A stretch of 56,043 nt of DNA, the filler included, from Spirochaetales bacterium (GTDB lineage Bacteria > Spirochaetota > Spirochaetia > Treponematales > UBA12059), in assembly GCA_016928955.1 (NCBI GenBank). It is 3 parts of 3 records of this genome, joined end to end, with 100 filler letters (N's around TTAATTAATTAA, not from the genome) between each part and the next. Parts side by side here need not be neighbours in the genome. Positions count along the whole stretch, not along the records: positions 1 to 15,046 come from JAFGJV010000040.1; positions 15,147 to 36,735 come from JAFGJV010000042.1; 1 more part is not named here. One strand, given 5' to 3'. Positions within the stretch are counted from its first letter, which is position 1, and every line of letters starts with the position of its first letter. The position numbers and the translations under genes are program-made. The notes beneath the pieces are model-generated. The model searched no databases. It saw only the letters and a list, made by a program, of their open reading frames with translations, and was not told the DNA's origin. Shown one piece after another: positions 8,970 through 17,396 of the stretch.

Positions 8970-9818
8970 TTACACAAAATAATCGACGCGGTAGGACCCG
9001 GCATCCTTGAAGCCAAGCTCCAGATACAGGCAAATAGCCGCGGCGTTGGCTTCCTTCACGAACAGGGACAGCCCCCTGCCCGCCGCCAGCCTATCGCGCG
9101 CCAGGGCCGCAACCACGATGCGCCCGTAGCCGTGCCGCCGGTAGTCCGGCCGCACGTACACCCCGCCTATCTGGTCCCTGGTGTAGCCCCGGGCGTTGGT
9201 CTGGGCCCGGGCAACCACCAGGCCGTCAGCCTCGGCCAGGTACACGATGTGCCTGTCCAGGGACCTGGCCTGCGCGGCCCTGCTGCCGTCTGCGTCAAAA
9301 CGGTGGATGGGCGTGAGCACCTCCTCCCGCTCGTACGCCTCGGCCAGGGGACAGAGGGCTTCCAGGTCGGACACCCGCGCAGGGCGGGCGGTGCCATCCG
9401 CACCCGGCGTAAAATCCGGGGCGTCCAGCGTCATGACCCGGTAGCGTATGCGCAGGATGGGCTCCCAGCGCAGGGCGGCTTCAAGGGCGTCCACGTGGTC
9501 GGCCCTGCCGGCGCAGGCTGAAGGGCGGTAGGAGCGCGCGTTTGCGCTCCGCGCGACGCCGTCCGCGCAGGCGCCGTCCGCGAACACGGGAAAGGCGGAA
9601 CCGCCCACGGGCAGGAGAACCGCCGCCTGCACGCCTCCGTAGGCCGTTTGGAGCAGGTACAGGGCGCCTGGTTTCTTGGGCAGCCTGAGGCCGCCGTCGG
9701 CGCCGAGCAGCCTGCCCGAGAGCCCGGTTGCGTACGTTTCCCTGGGCGCCAGGAAACGCCGCACGGCGGCGGCGTCTCCTGGACCCGCCCGCCGCCACAG
9801 TCCCTGATCCGCGCTCAT
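8970..9818 (-). CDS. GNAT-family acetyltransferase (C-terminal GNAT domain)
   Basis: QIGGVYVRPDYRRHGYG acetyl-CoA motif, NAAAICLYLELGF. ATG at 9818 overlaps the upstream TGA (ATGA). Confidence 0.85.
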   Translation of the reverse strand: MSADQGLWRRAGPGDAAAVRRFLAPRETYATGLSGRLLGADGGLRLPKKPGALYLLQTAYGGVQAAVLLPVGGSAFPVFADGACADGVARSANARSYRPSACAGRADHVDALEAALRWEPILRIRYRVMTLDAPDFTPGADGTARPARVSDLEALCPLAEAYEREEVLTPIHRFDADGSRAAQARSLDRHIVYLAEADGLVVARAQTNARGYTRDQIGGVYVRPDYRRHGYGRIVVAALARDRLAAGRGLSLFVKEANAAAICLYLELGFKDAGSYRVDYFV

Positions 9819-11560
9819 CCTTCCGTCCGCACGGGAAGGCGGCCTATGGCCGGCACGGCCCCGGACAATACGGAAAAAGCCGCCTGGAAGGCTTCCCGGG
9901 CATAGGAGTAGACGGCAACCACCGCGGCCGTGTCCCTGAATTCCAGGGCATGGACGGGACTGAGCACGGACACCACGGCCAATCGTTTGCCGGCCGCCAG
10001 GACCTCGCGCGCATAGGCCGCGCCCGCAGCGTTGGCCACGCACACCACGGCGCTGTCGGCCCCGCGCAGCAAGGCCTGGAACGACGCCAGCTCCCCGGCG
10101 TCCGGCTCGGTGCCCAGGGCTGCCGAGTAGCGGAAGGCCACAGCCCCGGGCAAGGCGGCCGCTCCCTGTTCCAGGAAGGCGCCGTACTGCCCGGCCAAGA
10201 CCACGCGGCCAAAACCGTCGCCGGGCAGGGTACCCAGGAGCGTGGCCCCGCGCTGGGCCTGCTGCCGGAAGAACGCCGCCGACTCAGCGCTCCTCAGGGC
10301 GGACTCCGCCGCCGGGGCCGGCCCTATGCCGTCACGCCCCCGGGGCAGGAGCCAGGTCAGCTTGGCCTTGAGCACGCGCGTAGCCGAGCGGTCCACCTGG
10401 TCCCGGAAACCCGAGTCGTCGCGGTACAGATCGCGCAGTCGGGTCCAGGCGGCGTCGTTGAAGCCCAGCGTTCGGGAGAACATCAGGATATCGTTGCCCG
10501 CGCGAATGGCACGCTCGCACATCTCGGCCATGCCGCCCGGCGCCCAGGCTCCCGTCATGAAAAGGTCGTCGGTGATCACCAGGCCGTCGTAGCCCATGCG
10601 TTCCCGGAGCAGACCCTGTATGATGTCCGGCGACAGCGACGCAGGCACCGCCGATCCGGACAGCGCAGGATAGGCCAGGTGGCCGCTCATCACCCCTGCT
10701 ATGCCCTCCGATGCCAGAAGCCGGTACGGCACCAGCTCGCGGTTCCACACGGTATCCGCGTCAGCCTCTATCACCGGAAGGACGCCGTGGGAATCCAGGG
10801 GCGTGTCGCCGTGGCCGGGAAAGTGCTTGGCCGTGGCGGCCACGCCCGCGTCCGCAAGGCCTCGGGTAAACGCGGCCGCCAGCACGGCCGTGTCCTGGGG
10901 ATCGGACGAGAAGGCGCGGACGCCTATGATGCTTGAGTCGGGCCGCGTGGCCAGGTCCACCGTGGGCGCAAAGTTCATGGTGATGCCCAGGGCGGACAGC
11001 TCGCGGCCTATGTACAGGGCGCTCTGGTAGGCGTCGCTTGGCCAGCCGGACGCCCCAATGGCCATGTTGCCCGGCGTTACGCTGGTCTTGCCCTTGACGT
11101 GGCGTATCCAGCCGCCCTCCTGGTCCGTGGCAATGAAGGGCGGTATGTCGTGGGGGCCGCCGGCCGCGGCGTCCTGGATGGCCGCTATAGACTCGGCCAG
11201 CACGCCCGTGTCGTCTGCGTTCCAGCCGAAGATCTTGACGCCGCCCAGGCCGCGGGCCCGTATCCAGTCGTATAACAGCGGCGTGGGCTCGTCGCCCTGG
11301 TAGGCAAGCATAAAGAGCTGCCCCAGACGCTCGTCCGGCCCCATGGTGGCCAGCAAAGCCGCGGCTGCCCGGTCCACGGGCATGCCCGCCAGGTTCCAGA
11401 ACGACGAGGCGTCCGGCACGGCCTCCGCTGCTATATCGGGCTGGGCCGCGCCCTGGCCGGCGTGGGCCTGGGCGCAGGACCAGGCCAGCGCGCAGGCCAG
11501 CGCGGCCGCCGTAAGCGTGAGAAAGCGTCGCCTGGCACGTAAAGCGGTCGCAGCCCTCAT
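9815..11560 (-). CDS. nagZ: GH3 beta-N-acetylhexosaminidase (NagZ-type), secreted
   Basis: ATDQEGG, NFAPTVD, KHFPGHGDTPLDSH (D-H dyad), ITDDLFM; N-terminal signal peptide. Confidence 0.85.
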   Translation of the reverse strand: MRAATALRARRRFLTLTAAALACALAWSCAQAHAGQGAAQPDIAAEAVPDASSFWNLAGMPVDRAAAALLATMGPDERLGQLFMLAYQGDEPTPLLYDWIRARGLGGVKIFGWNADDTGVLAESIAAIQDAAAGGPHDIPPFIATDQEGGWIRHVKGKTSVTPGNMAIGASGWPSDAYQSALYIGRELSALGITMNFAPTVDLATRPDSSIIGVRAFSSDPQDTAVLAAAFTRGLADAGVAATAKHFPGHGDTPLDSHGVLPVIEADADTVWNRELVPYRLLASEGIAGVMSGHLAYPALSGSAVPASLSPDIIQGLLRERMGYDGLVITDDLFMTGAWAPGGMAEMCERAIRAGNDILMFSRTLGFNDAAWTRLRDLYRDDSGFRDQVDRSATRVLKAKLTWLLPRGRDGIGPAPAAESALRSAESAAFFRQQAQRGATLLGTLPGDGFGRVVLAGQYGAFLEQGAAALPGAVAFRYSAALGTEPDAGELASFQALLRGADSAVVCVANAAGAAYAREVLAAGKRLAVVSVLSPVHALEFRDTAAVVAVYSYAREAFQAAFSVLSGAVPAIGRLPVRTEG

Positions 11561-11576
11561 CCGGACGCCTCCGCCG

Positions 11577-12515
11577 TTAGCGGTACGCCTGCCCTTCCAG
11601 CTCGTCAATGTACTGCGACGCGCAATGCGCGGCCACCGCCCCGTCGGCCACGGCCGTAACCACCTGGCGGAAGGGCGTGGCGCGCACGTCCCCGACCGCG
11701 AAGAGGCCGGGCAGGTTGGTTTCCATGCGCTCGTTGGTAATGACAGAACCTGCGTCGTCCCTGGCCACCGACTCGGGCAGGGCAGCGGTCTGGGGTATGG
11801 AGCCCACGAACACGAACACGGCCGCCGTGGCCTCCTCGCTCGTGTCGCCCGTCACAACGTTCCGCAGCCGCACCTTCTCCACGGCCTTGGTTCCCATGAT
11901 CTCGTCGACCACGGAATTCCAGCGGACCTCTATCTTGGGATTGGACAGCACGCGCTCGGCCAGGGCCTTCTGGGCGCGGAAGCGCTCCTTGCGGTGCACC
12001 ATGACCACCTTGTCGGCAAGCTTGGACAGGAACATGGCCTCGTCGCAGGCCGAGTCGCCGCCGCCGACCACCACCATGCGCTTGCCTTTGAAGAAAGGAC
12101 CATCGCAGGTGGCGCAGTACGACACGCCGCGGCCGCCGAACTCTTCCTCTCCCTTGACGCCCAGGTGCCTGTGCTTGGCGCCGGTGGCCAGGACCACGGC
12201 CTTGGCGTTGAGCACACCTTCGTCCGTGGTTACCGCAAAACTCCCGCCCACCTTGCGTATGGACGACACGCTTGCCGACCTGATCTGGGCGCCAAAACTT
12301 TCGGCCTGGGCGCGCATGGTCTCCGCCCAGCTATAGCCGTCCACCGGCTCGAGCAGGCCCGGATAGTTCTCCAGGCGGTCTATGAGAAGGGCCTGGCCTC
12401 CGTGCGCCATTTCTTCCAGCACCAGGGTCTTGAGGTTGGCCCGGGCCCCGTACTGGGCGGCGCCCATGCCGGCGGCCCCGCCGCCCACGATGATCAGGTC
12501 GTAGCTATCGTCCAT
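11577..12515 (-). CDS. trxB: Thioredoxin-disulfide reductase
   Basis: IVGGGAAG, ENYPG, GVSYCATCDG, GGGDSACDEA, GLFAVGDV. Confidence 0.95.
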   Translation of the reverse strand: MDDSYDLIIVGGGAAGMGAAQYGARANLKTLVLEEMAHGGQALLIDRLENYPGLLEPVDGYSWAETMRAQAESFGAQIRSASVSSIRKVGGSFAVTTDEGVLNAKAVVLATGAKHRHLGVKGEEEFGGRGVSYCATCDGPFFKGKRMVVVGGGDSACDEAMFLSKLADKVVMVHRKERFRAQKALAERVLSNPKIEVRWNSVVDEIMGTKAVEKVRLRNVVTGDTSEEATAAVFVFVGSIPQTAALPESVARDDAGSVITNERMETNLPGLFAVGDVRATPFRQVVTAVADGAVAAHCASQYIDELEGQAYR

Positions 12516-12716
12516 GTAATCCTCCAGCCGCCAGGCGGCATATCAAGCCGGTCCGGAGCGATGAGCAATCCGGAACGTCTTTCTAGTATATAGTTTTCCT
12601 AATATATCAATATTTGGTTTGAATCGCCAGCCCTCCGGATATATCTTTGGAGCACGGACCGATCTGGCTTACCGTATCATAGCCGCAAGCCAAGCCGGCC
12701 CGCAAGGAGTACCCTT

Positions 12717-14051
12717 ACGTATACCGGCGCCAAACCTGTACCCGCCGCGCTGTTCGTCCTGCTGGCCCTGGCCGCACGCGCCTGGTCCCAGCCCGCGGAC
12801 GCCTATGCCGCCCTGGCCGAGGCGACACTGGATCCCTCACCGGTCATCACGGCCATAGCCGCCGCGGAAGACGACCCCGCGGGCTACAACCTGGCCGCCG
12901 CCGCCCTGCACTTTTCCGGCGCCGGACCCGCGCGCGCGGAGGAGACCCTGGCCTTGCTCGGCGGCGCCATGCAGGACGCCTACCTGTTATCACTGGCCAC
13001 ATCCGACCCATACGCCCTGGGCGAGGCCGTCCTGGCCCTGGCGCACCAAGCCTTCTTCCAGCGCTATGTGGAGGAATCATCCGGCCTGGACAGCGCTATC
13101 CTGGACGGCGAGTACAACTGCGTGTCGTCGTCCGCCGTCTACCTCCTCCTGGCCAAGGCCGCCGGGCTGAACGCTTCCGGGGTGGTCACCCGCGACCATT
13201 CCTTTGTGTCCCTGGACCTTGGGGCCGGGGCCAGCGTGGACGTGGAAACCACCAATCCCCACGGCTTTGATCCCGGCAGCAAGAAGGAATTCCTGGACAG
13301 CTTCGGCAGGGTTACCGGCTACGCGTACGTACCGCCCTCCGACACCCAGAGCAGGCGGCCGGTGGATGCCCGCCACATTGTGGGGCTCATAGCCTGGAAC
13401 GAGGCGACGCTGGCCGAACGCGAGGCCGATTACCTCAGGGCCCTGAGCCTGGCCGCGGACGCGTACGCGTGGATGGGCGACGACGAGGCCAGGCGCTACC
13501 TCGGCGAGCGGGCCCACAACGCGGCCGCCTTTTTCCTGAACTCGGGCCGCATGGATCAGGGCATTCAGTTCATCACTCGCGTGATGGAACGGTACGGCGA
13601 GCTGGCGGACCTTCTGTGGCTCCTGGACCAGGCCCGCGTGGCCAGGCTCGCCAAGCTCCTTGCCGACCTGCCGCCGGCAGACGCCCTGGCCGAACTGGAA
13701 GCCGCCAGAGACGGCGGCTACCTGCCGCCGGACGACGCGGACGCCATGCTGGGCTACGTGTACGGCCGCCTGGCCGAAGAAGCAAAGCGCGCTGAAGGCT
13801 GGCTGGGCGCCTGGCGTACCGTGGAGCGGGGCGCACTTGGCTGGCCAGGGTCGCCGTCCCTGGCTTCGCTTCTGAAAACGGTCAAATCCAACTGGGTGGC
13901 CGAGCGCCATAACGCCTTTGCCGCCCTGTTCAACGCCCGCCGCTACCAGGAAGCCCTGGCCGCCATTACCGAGGCCCTGGCCATCCTGCCGGACGAGCGG
14001 GTGTTCCTGAACGACCAGGCGACCGTCCAGAAGGTCCTGGGCGACCACTGA
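12717..14051 (+). CDS. Secreted transglutaminase-like/TPR-like protein (probable ACG start; first canonical start TTG 12954)
   Basis: YNCVSSS...DHSF...DVETT Cys-His-Asp/Glu-like triad and helical repeat C-terminus. The frame is open back to TAA at 12600 and encodes a signal peptide after AAGGAG-N7-ACG. Confidence 0.65.
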   Translation, partial: TYTGAKPVPAALFVLLALAARAWSQPADAYAALAEATLDPSPVITAIAAAEDDPAGYNLAAAALHFSGAGPARAEETLALLGGAMQDAYLLSLATSDPYALGEAVLALAHQAFFQRYVEESSGLDSAILDGEYNCVSSSAVYLLLAKAAGLNASGVVTRDHSFVSLDLGAGASVDVETTNPHGFDPGSKKEFLDSFGRVTGYAYVPPSDTQSRRPVDARHIVGLIAWNEATLAEREADYLRALSLAADAYAWMGDDEARRYLGERAHNAAAFFLNSGRMDQGIQFITRVMERYGELADLLWLLDQARVARLAKLLADLPPADALAELEAARDGGYLPPDDADAMLGYVYGRLAEEAKRAEGWLGAWRTVERGALGWPGSPSLASLLKTVKSNWVAERHNAFAALFNARRYQEALAAITEALAILPDERVFLNDQATVQKVLGDH

Positions 14052-14221
14052 GAGCTCAGCGCGACGGTAAGCCACCACCGCCATTTCTGGCCACGGCGGG
14101 GTGTTTTTTCGTCACATACTGTATACAATTATAGTGTCGGGGATTGTTCTCTCAGCGAGCCGTTGGAAAGCGTCGTTCAACGTTTCGCCCACACCCGGCA
14201 CAGACGGAAGGAGCGGCCGCC

Positions 14222-15046
14222 ATGCGTCAGAGGATCCTAGCCCTTGCCCTCATACTGGGCCTGTTTGCCCTTATCGGATGCCAGAGCCCCTATGTGCCTG
14301 TGTATCCCTCCCACGCGGTCAAATACACGGGCAACGGCTCCACGGGGGGCTCGGTACCCGTGGATTCCAACCAGTACCAGGAAGGCCAAACGGTCACCGT
14401 ACTCGGCTCGGGCACTCTCGCCAACGCTGGCTTTGTCTTCAACGGCTGGAATACCATATTCGACGGCTCTGGTACCACCTATAACCAGGGCGACACCTTT
14501 GTGATGGGCACCGAGGACGTGCTCCTGTACGCGCAATGGGCGCCGTCTGGCACCACGTATACCGTCACCTACGACGGCAACGGCTCTGACGGCGGCACGG
14601 TACCTACGGACGGCTCCAGTCCGTATCCTGTCGGCTCCACGGTCACGGTCCTGGGCGCCGGCACCATGACGCGCGCCGGATACTCCTTCTCGGGCTGGAA
14701 CACCGCGGCCAACGGCTCGGGTACCAGCTACACGGCCGGCTCCACCTTTACCATCAACGCCAATACCACGCTCTATGCCCAGTGGGCCGGAGCTACCTAC
14801 GCTCTCACCTACAACGGCAACGGCTCTGACGGCGGCGCCGTGCCCACGGACCCGTCCAGCCCGTACATAGCGGGCGCCACGGTCACCGTACTGGGCGCGG
14901 GCACCATGACCAGAACCGGGTATACCTTCAGTGGCTGGAACACCGCGGCCAACGGCTCCGGCACGGCCTACGCGCCGGCGGCAACCTTTGCCATGCCTGC
15001 CTCTGCCGTTACCCTCTTTGCCCAGTGGACCATCAATTCCTACGCC
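14222..15046 (+). CDS. Lipoprotein with InlB B-repeat (Listeria-Bacteroides repeat) domains, truncated at gap
   Basis: Lipobox LIGC after a hydrophobic leader. Three ~80-aa repeats YxGNG..GG.VP....TVTVLG.GT....GY.F.GWNT...GSGT.Y.....LYAQW. Confidence 0.85.
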
Positions 15047-15146
15047 NNNNNNNNNNNNNNNNNNNNNNNNNNNNNNNNNNNNNNNNNNNNTTAATTAATT
15101 AANNNNNNNNNNNNNNNNNNNNNNNNNNNNNNNNNNNNNNNNNNNN
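15047..15146. other. Assembly gap / artificial contig linker
   Basis: N run with TTAATTAATTAA (stops in all frames) at 15091-15102. Confidence 0.97.
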
Positions 15147-15319
15147 CCGCTTCGCGTATCTGCTCCCGGAATAAAAAAAAGCCGAGTTCAGAGGGGGCGC
15201 GCTGAGGCGAGTGCCGCGCCCTTAAGGGGCGGCGGTACTCGGTATCGGAAGGCCTCGCGAGGGTTTGTTTGTGGCGGGTGGGGCTACAGAATAATATAGT
15301 CAGACTTCTGGCGGGGTAC

Positions 15320-15325
15320 TATAAT
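15320..15325 (+). promoter_or_regulatory. Perfect -10 box directly before jetA (leaderless-type promoter)
   Basis: TATAAT 5 nt before ATG 15331, with no SD in between. Confidence 0.55.
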
Positions 15326-15330
15326 CAGGC

Positions 15331-16773
15331 ATGGGTTTGCCATCGCAAGGGATCTTTGCCACCCTGCCGCAATCGTTTTTCTCACCTTTGGCCAGCCCGA
15401 ATCGGGTGCATTACGCGGCGCTTCTGGGCATTTATTACCGGCTGTTCCAGGAGTCGCCGCACGGGATCGTCCGCAAAACTCTCTTGGAGCGCTTTTCCGA
15501 CTATATAGATCAGCATTGGAACCAGTTCGAGGCCGAGGAGGGCTTGGCGGACGGCGGGGATGGCACCGCTGATGTCGAAGCGTTCTCCGCGGATGACGCT
15601 GCAACAGCCAATCCATCGCGCAACTTGGCCGCGCGGATCATACGCACCTTCGTTGCCACGAGCTGGATGAGTGAGGAGGTACTGCCCGACTACACGCGCA
15701 TCATCAACATGTGCACCCATGCCCGGCCGTTCCTGGAGGTACTCGCCCGCATTGAGGAAGGACTGAAGGTAGAGTACGAGAGCCACGTTGTGGCAGTTTA
15801 CTCGTTGCTCTGCGGCGACGCTGCTCGTGAAAATGGGCATTATGTTGTGTTGAACGCGCATAGCCAGACCATGGCCCTGATCGACTCGCTCAAAGTGCTG
15901 TCGCAAAGCATACGCGAGCATTACGAGCGGCTCACGGAAAAGACTGAGGGCATGGACGTGGCCGGTATCCTGGCGCTGCATTATGGCTCGTACGCCACCG
16001 ATATTCTGGACGGAGCCTACAAGCGGCTGAAAACTTCGGACAATCTGTCGCGCTACCGTCCGCGGATTTTGTCGCAGGTGCGAGATTTTCTCCTTGACCA
16101 GGCTTGGCTCGACGCCTGTTCTCTGAAGTATGCCCGCACGGCTTCTGTGGCCGTATCCGAGTCGCGGCAACGGCTGGTCGCCATGCTTGAGGAAATAAGG
16201 GACACCCTGAAGGCCGTTGATCCGCTGCTGGAGGAAATAGATCGCCGGAACATGCTGTACGCCAGGTCCAGCGTCGAGAGGATGAAAGCCCTGCTAGAGC
16301 CGGCTTCAACCATCGCAGGGCGCATAGCCCGCGCTGCCAGGCTGATTCGCGAGCGGCCGCACGTGTTCAGGGAACTGCCGCATCATTTATACAAGATCCA
16401 CGCTCTGAGCCCCGACTCTCGCTATCGCCGCTGGCTGCGCGAAACGATCGATGTGCAATACGAGGCGCCGCCGCCCGCGGACACGGCCGAGTTTGACCGC
16501 ATCGAACAGGAATTCAGGTTGCGCCTTGAGCGCCAGTTGAGCCCCGCGCGTATCGCGCAGTGGCTGGATGAGAAGGGCGGCAGGCGCGGTCCTCTGAGCG
16601 CGCCGGAGCTCGCGGCAACGACTGAGGATTTTGTGAGGTTGGTGTACGCTATCCTGTTCGCTGATTCCCGGCCCGAGTCGTTCCCCTATTGCCTGGAGGA
16701 GCGCGGCTCTGACCTGGCTCGGGCGGCATCGGGCTGGCTGGTGCCGGATGTGAGCTTGAGGAGAAGATCATGA
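15331..16773 (+). CDS. jetA: Wadjet kleisin JetA (DUF5716-like)
   Basis: N-terminus IFATLPQSFFSPLASPNRVHY resembles DUF5716, and YKRLKTSDNLSRYRPRIL is present. First gene of a 4-gene ATGA-overlapping operon with an SMC and a Toprim gene. Confidence 0.8.
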   Translation: MGLPSQGIFATLPQSFFSPLASPNRVHYAALLGIYYRLFQESPHGIVRKTLLERFSDYIDQHWNQFEAEEGLADGGDGTADVEAFSADDAATANPSRNLAARIIRTFVATSWMSEEVLPDYTRIINMCTHARPFLEVLARIEEGLKVEYESHVVAVYSLLCGDAARENGHYVVLNAHSQTMALIDSLKVLSQSIREHYERLTEKTEGMDVAGILALHYGSYATDILDGAYKRLKTSDNLSRYRPRILSQVRDFLLDQAWLDACSLKYARTASVAVSESRQRLVAMLEEIRDTLKAVDPLLEEIDRRNMLYARSSVERMKALLEPASTIAGRIARAARLIRERPHVFRELPHHLYKIHALSPDSRYRRWLRETIDVQYEAPPPADTAEFDRIEQEFRLRLERQLSPARIAQWLDEKGGRRGPLSAPELAATTEDFVRLVYAILFADSRPESFPYCLEERGSDLARAASGWLVPDVSLRRRS

Positions 16774-17396
16774 ATATCGACACCGCCGACCTCGCGCTGA
16801 TAGGCGAGCTTACTGACGCGGAGACAGACCTGTTCCGCCTGGCTGCCCAGACCCTCCTGTCCAGGAGTTTCATCCTGCGCGGCACTGACAAGGGCGACAC
16901 GCTGTGGGATTTTTCCATACGCAACATACGCCTTCTGGACGCGTGGTTCGCGTGCGCCGGGGTGCAGCTCAAACGGGACGAGATGCTGGGCGTCATCGCG
17001 CTGAGGCCCGGCTCGTCGATGCGGGCTCGCCTGGGTAAGGAAGAAACCTGCGCCCTGCTGGTGGCGCGCCTTCTGTTCGAGGAAAAACGCGCCGAGCTGA
17101 GCCTGTCGCGCTTTCCGTCCATCAGGGTGTTCGACTTTGTGCAGCGCTACCGGGCGGTGATCGGCTCGGACCTGAAAAAAACGCGACTGGTGGACGTCCT
17201 GCGGTCCTTCGGCCGCTGGCATCTCGTTGATACAGATGGGGAGGCGGCGGATCCAGAAACGACAGTCATCCTCTACCCGTCTTTGGCGCTGGCGCTTGAC
17301 CAGAACGCGGTGGACGAGATACTGGCGGCGGTGGAAAAAGAGCGTCAGGGGGAGCCGGCAATCGAGGATGCCGGCCAGCTGGAGGACGAAGAATGA
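16770..17396 (+). CDS. jetB: Wadjet KITE JetB (DUF4194-like)
   Basis: 208 aa with LGKEETCALLVARLLFEEK and TVILYPSL; lies between jetA and jetC. Confidence 0.8.
   Translation: MNIDTADLALIGELTDAETDLFRLAAQTLLSRSFILRGTDKGDTLWDFSIRNIRLLDAWFACAGVQLKRDEMLGVIALRPGSSMRARLGKEETCALLVARLLFEEKRAELSLSRFPSIRVFDFVQRYRAVIGSDLKKTRLVDVLRSFGRWHLVDTDGEAADPETTVILYPSLALALDQNAVDEILAAVEKERQGEPAIEDAGQLEDEE

Noticed and set aside
15091..15102. TTAATTAATTAA palindrome (also 36780-36791) as a biological site
   Set aside because: It is centred in symmetric N runs and gives stops in all six frames, so it is an artificial scaffold linker.
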